A stretch of DNA of 63,942 nucleotides, counting the filler, from Dugesia japonica (taxonomy: Eukaryota), in NCBI GenBank assembly GCA_001938525.1. It is 6 parts of 6 records of this genome, joined end to end, with 100 filler letters (N's around TTAATTAATTAA, not from the genome) between each part and the next. Parts side by side here need not be neighbours in the genome. Positions count along the whole stretch, not along the records: positions 1 to 9,703 come from MQRL01535294.1; positions 9,804 to 18,628 come from MQRL01589686.1; 4 more parts are not named here. One strand, written 5' to 3'. Shown piece after piece: positions 1-11,718 of the stretch; position 1 is the stretch's first letter, and each line of letters starts with the position of its first letter. A program made the translations under genes and the position numbers. Under the pieces are notes generated by a model that saw only the letters and a program-made list of their open reading frames with translations, was not told the DNA's origin and did no database searches.

Positions 1-539
1 TTCAAAAATTACTGGCTAACGTTGCAACAAAAATCAGGTTGATAATTCCTGACAATTTGCCTCACCAGCCGTTGTTGAGCTGATACCGGATTTCAACTAA
101 AACTGTATGTATTTATTTAACACTGCTTGCTATTTGATTTTATGTTCAACAGTCGGGTGTCGTTAATGTAGGATCGTACGTCATAAAACTATGAATGAAT
201 CTNNNNNNNNNNNNNNNNNNNNNNNNNNNNNNNNNNNNNNNNNNNNNNNNNNTGAATCTCCAAAGTGCATACGGATAACCAGCTGTATCTCGATTGATTA
301 TTTCGTAAGAAAATTCATGGTTTCTTTACACATCAGGTACAATGAACAATTTTTAGCGTTATTGTGGATAATTTCATACAATGAGAACATGCATGTGGGC
401 AAATTTATCAGTAGTTAGTCTGTCGAGTCTTTATGTTTACGAAATTGGATAGAGTTAGGGTGACACATTCTCAAACTGCTTGAATTAACTATAATCAGTA
501 GAGTGAAGTTGGCATTCACAAAAGTTGAGTTTTAGTCTT

Positions 540-1686
540 CATTACAAGATAAGAAAATCCCAACTATCCGATAAAAGGCATGGAAACTGTCGGTATATGT
601 GTCCTGATCGCAGATGGAGTTAAACCCCTCATAAGTTAACATGAAAATGTTGTAAGCTATTTCTTTTCTGTAAAAAAAAGTTTTATATAAATAAACAAAT
701 AAAGATATTCCTCATTGTTGTCAAATTTTATTATTAAATTAATTTGTTATATTACATAATTATTCAATAACATCAATTGATACTTACTGCTTGTAATTAG
801 AATATCTGCAACGGTAGGATTTCAAAAAGGAAATGTGAAATAATTTCGATTACGCGTAGTTGATGATTTCTCCTATTCAGTCTTCTTTCGTAGATAGTAT
901 AATATTTCTTTTTAGATTAAATAATTTTCCGCAAGGAGTTTGTTTCTTCTCTAATATGATGTAATATTACAAGTAAAACGTAGAAAAATTGTTGTTGTTT
1001 TTTGCTAAAATTCGGTTGCCTTTTATAGGTTTCCCGATGCAACCCAACTATATTCTTGTTGGTTGGTTATTTTTAATTTGAAATAACCCATTTCTATTGG
1101 TGGTGGTGTTACTGTTCTGGAATTTTGTAGATTTTTCTGTAATTTTGTTGGCAGCTATTTTTGGATCATCAGGTGAGTTTTTGTTCTTTATCTTATTTTT
1201 TAATTCTAGGATACATTTGGATCGATCTTAAAATCTTCGTGACGACCTTCTGGATGGTGGCATCATTTTCTAATGTTGAAAATCGGATAGCTCGGCCCAA
1301 ATCCTTTACTGTTTTTCTTATCCATTCGTTCCAGGATCAAATGGGGCAGAGATATTGCTAGAAAACTGTTTTATAACTAATTTACATTTATTCTTGTTTA
1401 TAATTAATTGATATTTTCACATAATTAATTGTTTTTTCTTGAGTATTTTCCTTTATCCTTCTTAATAATTTAATAATTCTTTTTTAATTATTTTTATTGT
1501 TGCTCTTCAAATTGTTCCATCGAGATCTTTATTTTGCTGCTTTTTTCTTATTTTGATATTTTAGCCATTATCCACTTCATTTTTTGGCTAACAAGATTTG
1601 TCGTGATTGATTCTGTTAGGACTATCGCTCCTACTTGATTTCTTTCTTCTTCTTCCTTATCCATTATTAACCTTGATCCTTGATCG
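540..1686 (-). mobile_element. Decayed gag/ORF1-like retroelement remnant (boundaries approximate)
   Basis: The minus strand near 575-620 reads HLRSGHIYRQFP, resembling a degenerate CCHC knuckle. Shares CCTTCTGGATGGTGG (1246-1260) and weaker flanking similarity with 22950-22964. Many stops. Confidence 0.3.
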
Positions 1687-1924
1687 NNNNNNNNNNNNNN
1701 NNNNNNNNNNNNNNNNNNNNNNNNNNNNNNNNNNNNNNNNNNNNNNNNNNNNNNNNNNNNNNNNNNNNNNNNNNNNNNNNNNNNNNNNNNNNNNNNNNNN
1801 NNNNNNNNNNNNNNNNNNNNNNNNNNNCAATTACACTAAAAACCTTATTGGCTTATTTTTTATCAAGTTAGCTATGCCGCCCATAGAGGTTGGATGCTAA
1901 CTGATAGCTTTTGTCTGAAAAACT

Positions 1925-1960
1925 GAGTGAAATCAGTCAGTATTTACACTGATTTCACTC
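1925..1960. repeat. Perfect 13-bp stem hairpin
   Basis: GAGTGAAATCAGT (1925-1937) - 10-nt loop - ACTGATTTCACTC (1948-1960). Confidence 0.8.
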
Positions 1961-2579
1961 GCATGCAAATCTACATTCAATATACCTTTAACCAATCAAT
2001 TTACAAAGAAAATAAAATTCCTTACTCGAATCAAAATTTAATCAATAATTTTTCCACTCAACAAAATTAATCGTAGAATAAATAAAAATTCAATTGAAAT
2101 AAAAATCAATATTGTATATAAATTTTCTAAAATTAATTATAGAATAAATATTCCAATTGAAAATAAATTGAAAATAAAATCAATATAAATTTCCACATAT
2201 ATAAATTTTCTACAACTAATTTAGACTATAAACATTATCCACAACTTATTTTTTTACAACACACTTCTCTTAGAAAATCGATTAAAAATCTTTTTTAACA
2301 ACTTTTGTATACAATGGATTAATTCAGAACAAATAAAAATAAAAATTGCAATATCAAGTAAATATCCAAATATTAAAATAATAAAGTCTAAAACAATGTT
2401 CTGCGATTGAATCACTTTCTGAATTGTTGAAATTGATTAATCTGAATTGTTGGAATTGATTGATTCTGAGTTTTCTTGAAGGTTTGTTATGTTTATGTGT
2501 GTACCTTGATGATTGTGCATGTTTGTTTCTATGTTGTATGCTCTTTGTGATCTCAAAATTAGGGCAGTTTTGATATTTG

Positions 2580-2717
2580 CATGAGATGAGGAAAAACTCT
2601 ATATTTAGCATTGGATGGGTTAGACTTGATATTTTGCAAGGGATCGGACAGTCTTAATACATATGCTCAGGGTAGTCTAAATATAAATGCTCAGGGTAGT
2701 CTAAATACTTATGCTCA
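2580..2717 (+). repeat. Fragment of the modular repeat family found in the 35.6-39.2 kb foldback arms
   Basis: CTTGATATTTTGCAAGGGAT.GGACAGTCT (~2625-2654) matches ~36194-36222. It is followed by short tandem units ATGCTCAGGGTAGTCTAAATA. Confidence 0.6.
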
Positions 2718-3433
2718 AAGATATTTAAGTTATAGAAATTTCAAAGAATACGACATAAATTAAATTTTTTAAGTTAATTAGTTGAAATAAATAAATTATT
2801 AATAATTATTTTCATGCATTGTTTCAGTAACAGTCTTGTTTGTTGTCCCATTTATCCGCCATAAATACAGACTCATTATTCTGAATAATCGCAGTAAAGA
2901 TTTGCATTAATGTGTCTATTTATTTATATATTCGCAACTATTTGATAAACGAATAATTCATATTTGACAATTTTAAAATTTGATTTCATAAATATATTTC
3001 ACCCTTAATTAGTTCTCAAATATAAACTAATCAGCAACATAATTTATTGTTCTGATAACTTATTGGAAATATAATTAAATGAACTGCCATATTCTGACAG
3101 ATTTAAAATTCAATTTTCGAAATTCTAAATGTGAGAAAATTATTATAAATAGTCATCACAAATTTCAATTCATTATTATTTAAAAATGTTGAAATAAGAA
3201 GTGTTATTTGCATAACGATCACTCATGATAATTGTCTTATTATTTTTTTTATGGGCATTATTTGAATAATCTTCATACACATTATGAGGAGTGCTTGACA
3301 TCATTATAAGTAAATATTTATTGTTAACCAGATATATAGTTGCCACTGTTTTAAATCATTGTTTCACATATTTAGGATATTCAATATAGCGTGCTACGTT
3401 TTTATATCCCACAAACCATTTATTATTGTTTAA

Positions 3434-3906
3434 CCCTTTCAACGCGGTAAACGAAAAAAAACGTTGATCTGAAAAATGCAAATTTTTCATGAAAAATAAA
3501 GTATTCTATAAAATTCTTTTTACTTTTTTTTGAGAATATCATGATTTAATACACCAAAAAATAGTCGTCAAAAAAATATGAAGAAGGATGAAGAGGCAAA
3601 AAAAAGTTTCAAAAAAAACATTTTATTTAATATACTTATATAAAAATAAAATTATATTAATTTACTAAAATATACTATAACAAACTTTTATACTTATTTA
3701 CTACAATATCCTATAAACTACAATATGATAAAATATGTAACAAACATGTATTTTTTTACAAACAAAGTAAATTTTACAGAAAAATTAAAACAATATATAA
3801 TTAAAATTAACATCACGTTTTTTATAAGCAATGGACTATAGTCGATTTACGCCTCGAAGAAGAAAAATAATTCGGGCGACTATAGTCGCTTTACGCGTCC
3901 AAAGGG
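3434..3906. mobile_element. Non-autonomous piggyBac-type MITE
   Basis: TTAA target sites at 3430-3433 and 3907-3910. Termini CCCTTTCAACGCG and CGCGTCCAAAGGG (rc CCCTTTGGACGCG). Subterminal GACTATAGTCG occurs twice. No ORF. Confidence 0.85.
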
Positions 3907-3965
3907 TTAAGGTATCCATCATTACTGAATTTATTCCATGAAATTCAATATTAACTTTAATATAT

Positions 3966-5299
3966 TTATTTTATTTTTTTTGGATCTGGTTGAATGCCAT
4001 TCTTTGATATTACATGACCTTCATATACTACTGAGTCTTTTGCCCAATCACATTTGTATATTTTTATCTTTAGATTTGCTAGTTTTACTCGTTTAAATAC
4101 AATTTCTAGATCTTTTAGATGTTCCTCAAAACTTGTCGAAAATACTATGATATCATCAATATACACTAATGCATGATCTAAGTCCATTAGTATATCATTC
4201 ATTGTTCATAGTATCATTCATAGTGCTCCAGTAAGACCAAAAGGTAGAACATTAAACTCATATAGTCCTCTGCCATCTGTACATGCCGTTAACTTCTTAT
4301 CTGCTTCTGCAACTCTAATTTGTTCATAACCATTTAAAAAATCAATTACTGATATAACTCTTGCTCGATTGATGCGATCATATATCTCTTGTGGAATTGG
4401 TAGTTGTTATGTTTCTTAGTCACACTGTTTAGTTTCCACTAGTCAACACACAATCTTGATTCCCCAGTTTTCTTTTTCGCTGGCAAAATTATAGATGACC
4501 AAGGCGAGAAACGTGACTGTAATATCCCATATTTTAACTTTAAGTCTGTTTGCCTAGTCACTTTCCCTTGATATGCATGAGATATTTTATATGCCTTTTG
4601 TTTAATTGTTATTGAGTCAGTTAGCAGGATCTCATGCTCTATTACGTGAATTCTTCTAAATTGTATGCATGTTTTGCAAATATACACTCGTATTTATCTA
4701 ATAGTTTATTCGTAATTTGTTTTGTTGTTTTGTTAAGATTTTACTATCAACAACTGGCTTACTATACTTTTTAATTTGTGGCGGTATAATTTCATTAGGA
4801 ACTTCGTGTACATGTGGGATATTTCCAATATGTGTTTTACCTTTTAATTTTAAGGATTTATTCGTGAAATTAGCAAATCTGACTGGTAGAGTTTGATCTG
4901 AAATAGTTACAAGTCCATTACACATGGGTAAATCGTGTTTTCTCATAAACGTGTCATTTGGTTCAAACAAAAATTACTCTTCTGATTTATTTGTTGTATT
5001 TGCATAGTATATCATCTTCATTTCAAAGTATTTCATGTGATTTATGAATAATTTCACCAGCAGACTTGATTATTGAGTTTCCCGATTTAAGATCCATCGC
5101 TGCATCATCTAACTGTTCTAATACATCCATGTCAATGAGGCATAATACTGGACTGTCTCTCATTACTAATACGTTTTGAGTTATGACTATACCTCCGACA
5201 CATAATTCTACTTTGATCATACCAATAATATTAAGAGCATTCTTTGACATCGATCGAATAACGTCCTCAGTGCATGTCATATTTATTAAATCTACTGGC
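3966..5299 (-). pseudogene. Ty3/gypsy pol remnant: C-terminal half of protease, linker and reverse transcriptase
   Basis: ORF fragments show CLIDMDVL (protease LIGxD region), IEHEI..TDS..IKQKAY, SPWSS...KKKTGESRLCVD, LYEFNVLPFGL (4230-4265) and the RT catalytic VYIDDIIVFS, followed by GHVISKNGIQPDPKK. Frameshifts and stops throughout. Confidence 0.92.
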
Positions 5300-7361
5300 C
5301 TAGGAGGCAGCCTGACATGCGGCCTCCATACACATATAAAGACCAAACATGAAGTGATATCACGAAAACGAGTTGCGGCTAAACCTGTGTTTGGAACTAG
5401 TTCAAACTCTAATAAGCCTTCTCCAAAAGTTACAAAATATTTTAGAAATACCAAGTACGACTCACTAGCATCGATCCTAGCTAGAATGACAGCACGTAAT
5501 GGACTTCCATTCAGAATTTTTATAACATCCGATGATCTTTGAAAATTACTGAAACCCTTAAATTTAAGGATAAACTTCCAAAATCAGCCACCGCCATACA
5601 AAAATCGTCAATAATTATTGCAAAATCATTCGTCAATTATTACTAAATTCGTCAATTATTATTATTATTATTAATTACTAAACTATCAGATTATAAATCA
5701 AAAAGAATGTGGTTTAGTATTACTTTCGATGAGTGGACCTTTCTAAGGACTCGCCTATACATAAATGTGATTCTTCATTGGGAATCAAAATTTTGGAATT
5801 TAGGACTTCTACGAATCAATGGAAGTTTACCTGCAGTAAAATGTTATGCAGAAAGTAGGCAAATTAGTACCGACTGCTCAGCAATTGTGTTTGGCTCATG
5901 CGATACAACTAGCGGTCATATATGTTCTTTATAAAAAGATAAAACTGAAGATTTAAATAGCAGTCCGAATGAGTCAATTTACATTGAATCTAATCATTAT
6001 GATGCCGTTAAATGAGATATGTATGCATATGAGGATGGATTAGTAATGGATTATGAAATACAGAAACGAGGTACAGACATAACACTTAATCAGCTTGGTC
6101 CGCTTATACAGAATAATTGTGAAAATATTTAAACGTTCACAAATAAAAAATGAAACACTTCAAAATTACGTAAATCTCGAATTTGGCAACGAATATTGCT
6201 CCAAGACTAGATGGAATGGTATATTAGCAATGTTCGACCATTTTCACAGATTAAAATCAAGCATTCAAAAATCAGAGATAGATTTTAAACTAAGTATAAA
6301 TTTTACTGATACAGATTTTGAAATAGTTTCAGTTACAATCTCAGCATTTTTGCCGGTAAAATTAGCTGTTGAGTCACTATGTTGCGAAGACGCCAATTTA
6401 CTATCTGCAGATACTACGATCAAATTTATATTTGATAGGCTAAGTAAAATTAAGTCATCACTGAGTGAAGAACTTCTAAGTGCTTTGAAAGAACAGAATT
6501 GTCTGATCTAATTTGTTATCTGCATAAAGCTCTTGGAGATGATAGTCAAAAAGCGTCCAAAAAGAAATACAAACCTTTTAAATTTCAATTTTCCTCGTGT
6601 ATCAAAAACAAGTATTCTCAATTCACTGTTAATCAAATGGGACTTTGGAATCAAAACACAGCTCCTGAAGAGCGGGCAGATGAAATGATAGATTCAGAGG
6701 TCAGTGACGCTGAGGTTGATGAAACAACAGAAAAGTCTGAAAATTTATTGAAGAAGCAGTTAGACGTAGCCATTTTGAAACAAAAAAATTTTAAAGTCGG
6801 AAAACTACCAGAACACGGAGGGTATTCAACCAAATGCCTTAAAAAAGAAATGAGCCTGCTTGAAAATGAAGGTGTGCTGGATAAATATCTCCAACAGATT
6901 TAAAAACTTCTTTTAAAGGTTAACCCAACCAACGTTGAATCTAAAAGGGCTTTTTAAAAGGTATAATTTTAAATAAGTTGTGATGCATAGTGGATGACAT
7001 AACTTTTGATGCTCTTTGTTTTTTAGGAGAGTATTTCAAAGGAAATAAATAACGATTTGATAACTATTCTACAAAATAGACCAGCAAAATGTTTATTGAA
7101 ATATATTTTAATGAATTGTGATTTTTAAGTTCCTTATGTTTAATTTAATTATTATTTTAATGAATTATTTTTATNNNNNNNNNNNNNNAAATAAATAAAT
7201 GTAAATTTTTATACATTACCAATAAAAATATGAATAATTTTTGAAAAAGTGTGATTCAATTAATTTCTTTGAATACCAGTTTTAATACCGGTACACCGGT
7301 ATTATAATTCATTATTACCAAAGTGCCGGTATTGGTTTTTCGTCCGGTATTGAATTTCATA
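5300..7361 (+). mobile_element. Decayed Ac-type hAT transposon inserted into the gypsy protease
   Basis: Transposase fragments SITFDEWT..RLYINV, SKTRWNG, NLLSAD and PTNVESKRAF (~6924-6955). The right end has CCGGTA subterminal repeats. Degenerate 8-bp TSD CTACTGGC (5292-5299) / CTCCTGGG (7362-7369), 6/8 match. Confidence 0.85.
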
Positions 7362-7490
7362 CTCCTGGGTCTAAACGTTTCTCTGATATAATGGTTACAC
7401 TAGAATCTGAGTATAATATGACGTTTAAATAAATTCCATTTAATTGTACAATAATTTTTGGTTGTCGGCCGAAAGTTTGACCGTCATTAA
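7362..7490 (-). pseudogene. N-terminal half of the gypsy aspartic protease
   Basis: The minus strand reads QPKIIVQLNGIYLNVILYSDSSVTIISEKRLDP (decayed LDSGS active site). It continues as VDLINMTC... at ~5295 once the hAT is removed. Confidence 0.75.
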
Positions 7491-7585
7491 TACGTAATTG
7501 TTGGGTAATCCCATAATATTCCTCCTTTTCCTTTTGACATCCACTTTTCTTCTCTCATTACTAAATTTATTAATTTCGATTGGTT

Positions 7586-8478
7586 TCATTTCTTTGGCAG
7601 TTGTAGATGATAATTTGGTTTAAATGAACATAATTGTTTGAATGAAATATCTTCTATAATTATCTCTGGGAGACGGTTTGTTTTATAAGTACTCCATTCC
7701 TCAACATGCAATAAAGTTTGAGTGTTATTTATAACAATATACATAGTAACTACAGTGCTAGTATCTACATTGCTTTGGTTTTCATTTACGGTACTTTCAC
7801 TTTGATATTTGACCGGTTTCCGCCGGTTTCGTCGTTTTCTCTTCATGGTTTTGCTTATCATCTGATACTTGATCAATACTATTATCCATTTCTTTAAATT
7901 GATGATTAAGAATTTTGCAAGAAATGGTATACATTCTACAATTAATTTCAATAAGATGCCGAAAATAGTATATAGTCTGTAAGTAGATAATACTTGATTA
8001 ATAAGATGCCGAAAATAGTATATAGTCTGTAAGTAGATAATACTTGATTAATTGAAAACTTTGTAATTTTCCATAACAAATACACTCTTATTAACCATTG
8101 TCCGACGAAAACCTGATAAATATAATATGGTATGTTTATCTCAGTTTTCAGTTTTAATGGATAAGCTCTTTGACACTCCACTACATCGACTAATGAATAA
8201 ATGTTTTCTATTTCGGTTTGAGAACAGCCATAAACTGTTAGTGACGTTGTATAATTAACCAAACTAATCATAACAATCATTATCAACAACCACAGTGAGA
8301 TGCCTCCAAAATTCTTTGAGAATAAAAGTTTCTTCGTTTGACTTGTTTTTCGATTCTCCAGAAATTCCCATCCTCCTTGTTTTTGAATAAACGGATAAAT
8401 GTATTTCAATATTGTTTTTGTTATTTCCTCAATCATATTCTCAAGATTTCTGCAATCAACTGAAATATGAATTCCCAT
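7586..8478 (-). pseudogene. Extra retroelement ORF: Bcl-2 BH2-like motif, hydrophobic helix, envelope-glycoprotein-like N-terminus and a basic RRNRRKPVKY segment, frameshifted by a 50-bp duplication
   Basis: YIYPFIQKQGGWEFL resembles BH2 (WIxxxGGWxxF). ISLWLLIMIVMISLV is TM/signal-like. LTVYGC...YSLVDVVEC resembles the YDC...SLLDVxxC start of chuvirus-type/retroelement env glycoproteins. ORFs 7948-8478 and 7586-7951 become one frame when the duplication is removed. Confidence 0.45.
7951..8050. repeat. Perfect 50-bp tandem duplication
   Basis: ATAAGATGCCGAAAATAGTATATAGTCTGTAAGTAGATAATACTTGATTA at 7951-8000 and 8001-8050. Confidence 0.97.
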
Positions 8479-8559
8479 CTGTTGAATTAGAAATAATTAA
8501 ATTAATAATTTTAAATAATAATTAAATAAATAATAATTGTTAATAATTAATTAATTTTG

Positions 8560-9380
8560 TTCGACATTTACTTGCAGTATATCCTTTAGTTTGGCACCTG
8601 AAGCATGTTACAGTTCTTTCTGGAGATATTTATTGAGAATTGCAGTTCCTTTCAAATTTTGGTGATTGTCTATTATTTCTCGATGATGATAGGTTGAATG
8701 TTCTTGTATGTTTGAAATATGATTTTACTTTAAAGTTTAAATTTTTCTGATCTAGGTGTTTGAAATCTCTGCATCTCAGTATAATGTTCTGTCGTGGTTA
8801 TTGTTTTTACTTCAATTCGCATGGCCTTTTTGACTATATCATCAAAATCTTGGTAAGCCGCTAAACTAAGAGCTGTTCTAATGTTCTGATGAGTTACCAT
8901 TAAAAATTGATCTTGCAAAATTCTTCTGATATGATCTCTCCAATTTTCTCGTAAAGCGAAAGTTTTTCAGCCAAAGTGCTTAATTCAAATGTCAAATCGT
9001 TTACAGATTTATTTTCATTTCGAACTAGTTTATAGAATTTCTTTATCATAAATCTGACATATTTACTGATTAATTGCTCAGCTAATGTATCTTTACAATG
9101 CGCCAAAGTATACAATTGTACTGCATTTAATTCATTGATGAATATATGCATCTCTGGATGTACCCTTTAAATAAAGTGGTAAGCTTATTACTATAAATGT
9201 TTCTGGCCATCCATAGGCTTTACTGTGCTATACTATACTGTACTTTATTATAATAAGCTCTCATGAGATCCACAAAATTCAGAGAATTTCCTCCATACAA
9301 AGCTTAAGGTAATTTTTGAAAATTAGACCCATTATTTACATTGCCGTCTTCAATAATATTGACGTTTTCCTCCATATCAC
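8560..9380 (-). pseudogene. Ty3/gypsy gag remnant with CCHC-type zinc knuckle
   Basis: The minus strand 8605-8564 reads CFRCQTKGYTASKC (CX2CX4[H>Y]X4C). Gag-like FYKLVRNENKSVNDLTFELSTLAEK and QDQFL...FDDIVKKAMRIE segments are present. Confidence 0.8.
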
Positions 9381-9518
9381 TATTGTTTTTAATTTTAATC
9401 TCTCGATTTCTCAAATTACATTGCCGTTCTCCGACAACTTGCTTTTTCTTGTTTCTTGGCACTGGAACTTTGATTAATTAACAATTGATGAATATTCTTC
9501 TAGTTCCAGCAATTATCG

Positions 9519-9536
9519 ATCACGTCGGGCTCATTA
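9519..9536 (-). promoter_or_regulatory. Primer-binding site (tRNA-Trp type) of the gypsy element
   Basis: Plus strand ATCACGTCGGGCTCATTA matches the eukaryotic tRNA-Trp 3' end ATCACGTCGGGGTCACCA at 15/18. It lies a few nt from the LTR-like CA end at 9541-9542 and upstream of gag. Confidence 0.75.
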
Positions 9537-9540
9537 GTTT

Positions 9541-9703
9541 TGTTAGTTGTTTTCAAATAATAAGTTTGAATATACCCATAGTTATTTATATTTTCATTAT
9601 ATAAATTTACATATAAAATATAACTTAAAGACTTTAATTAAAATAAAACTTTTATTTCGTTTAAAATTTTCATTTAAAATTTTTATCGGTTAAACTAATC
9701 TCA
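9541..9703 (-). repeat. Probable partial 5' LTR, truncated by scaffold end
   Basis: Ends in ...ACA on the minus strand immediately before the PBS. No second LTR is visible in the window. Confidence 0.45.
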
Positions 9704-9803
9704 NNNNNNNNNNNNNNNNNNNNNNNNNNNNNNNNNNNNNNNNNNNNTTAATTAATTAANNNNNNNNNNNNNNNNNNNNNNNNNNNNNNNNNNNNNNNNN
9801 NNN
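9704..9803. other. Artificial scaffold-joining spacer (N44-TTAATTAATTAA-N44)
   Basis: Exactly 44 N + TTAATTAATTAA (stops in all six frames, 9748-9759) + 44 N. The identical structure occurs five times. Confidence 0.95.
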
Positions 9804-10480
9804 AGAAACCTTGAAAGGAAATGAGTGCCTCGTGTATTGACTGAAATGTATAAAATGCAACTATTATCCATTTGAAATTCGTTGCTTATTTAAACGACTA
9901 AGACTATTTTCTTAATCAGATTGTCACTAATGATGAAACATTGGCCTCGTGCACCAACTCTAAAANNNNNNNNNNNNNNNNNNNNNNNNNNNNNNNNNNN
10001 NNNNNNNNNNNNNNNNNCAAATTCACAGAAAGAATGTATTCCTTAGACATCGGTGAAATGTACATGGGATTATTCACTATGAACTGCTGACAACTGGCAA
10101 AAGAATTACAGCACACTTCTATTACAAACAGTTGGCCCGATTAAAGGATATTATCATGCACTAACCAATAGAAAAGGTGTTATCCGACATCAAGATAACG
10201 CCAGGCAGCACCCCGCGAAAATGTCTCTGCCAAAAACAGGGAGTTTGACTGGTATGTTCTCACTCAACCTCCCATATTCTCCAAACAGCACCGTCAGACT
10301 AACACTTATATCAGTCGATACAGCATTTTCTTCTGACTATGAAAATTTAACACTACGATGTTTCGGATGGTCTTTTCGAGATTTTCGATTGTAAAGAAAA
10401 TATTTACAAAAGAGAAATTGCAAACTTGGTTCCCCGTTGGCAACAAGTAGAACATGAAGCCTTCATTGATCAATACGTAT
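9804..10480 (+). mobile_element. Decayed mariner transposase fragment
   Basis: FLNQIVTNDET (IVTGDE motif, ~9908-9940), HQDNARQH (~10188-10211) and a PPYSP..APSD-like segment (~10268-10300). Frameshifted. Confidence 0.8.
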
Positions 10481-11370
10481 TTTTAAAAAGCGTCATTGTA
10501 TAATTTTTAAAATATTTAAATTCTANNNNNNNNNNNNNNNNNNNNNNNNNNNNNNNNNNNNNNNNNNNNNNNNNNNNCGACTTTAACATAAAAATTATTA
10601 AGCTTTCAAAATCAAAATATCAACAAATAAACAATGGTGGCATAAAACGTTTTTAACTCATCAAGAATTTATAATTATTCATATTAAAATCGAATGTCTA
10701 TTTATCCCTCATCCACAAACTAGTTTTGAAATTTAGTAATTTCAGTTACGAAAATGATTAAAACATTTGTGCAAAGAATATCAATTATGAAATATTGATA
10801 AAGAAATTACAACACAACAATCTCAACCAATCAGATAACAATTAATATAGATAACACAACTTATTAGAAATAATTTCAACATTAATACTATTTTCTATAT
10901 TAATGAAATTTATTGTTATATTTATAATTATTATTAATTACATACAGTAACATAACCATTTTAATCGATTAATTACAGAAATATAAAGTATTATTCTCAC
11001 TGTAGTGTCATGTCCTAACAATTTGTTCAATTCTTTATAATGACAAATACCTAGTTGTTAATGATGTGGAATAATTCTGCTCTTTCTATTTTAGAAATAT
11101 GGATTAATTCATTGGATTGAGTTAAAGACTTGATAACCTAAAATATAATATTATCATTTAGAAAGTTGAAAGTTTAAAACCATTTTTGTATATTTAAGTA
11201 AAACTATGTCAGTAAATTATATTTATTTTTGAAATTCTTAATAATCGTGCAAAATTATATAGTGTACTGTAGTAGCTCCAAAATGGGGTACGCATTCCAA
11301 AAAGGAAACTTGAGAAAATATCAAGGGTACTTCAATAAAATTTGAATTTTTCGGAAGCCTTTTAAGTAAA

Positions 11371-11401
11371 ATGAAATTATTCAGAATGTTAATATTCAAC
11401 G
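11371..11401 (+). CDS. Putative first coding exon of the RIM gene (MKLFRMLIFN)
   Basis: AAAATG start and donor G|GTCAGT. Phase-compatible with the 7-nt microexon and exon 11719. No homology support. Confidence 0.3.
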
Positions 11402-11510
11402 GTCAGTTTAGGAATAAATATTTTATTTATTTATTTTTTCATATTGATGTGTATTGTGATTAATAATATTAAACGTTAGTATTTTTGACTTTGTGTTTAC
11501 TGCTTTTTAG

Positions 11511-11517
11511 TTGAAAA
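11511..11517 (+). CDS. Putative 7-nt microexon of the RIM gene
   Basis: TGCTTTTTAG|TTGAAAA|GTAAGA gives a strong acceptor and donor and restores the reading frame (31+7 nt = phase 2). Confidence 0.35.
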
Positions 11518-11718
11518 GTAAGAATTGGAAACACTGATCTACTGTATCAAATAAATTCTAAATATATTAAGCGTTTTTCTTGTATTCGTTGACGTTTACA
11601 AATGTTTCCTGTTCTTTATTACTTTTTAAGATTATTAATATTATTTAATAGAAAAATAGCAGCAACAAAAAATTTCAGGATTTCCTTTATTTTTTCTTTT
11701 AATAAGTCTATTTTATAG

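Noticed and set aside
11000-11138. Minus-strand segment bounded by good AG and GTGAG splice-like sites
   Set aside because: It has stops in all three frames and no recognisable product.
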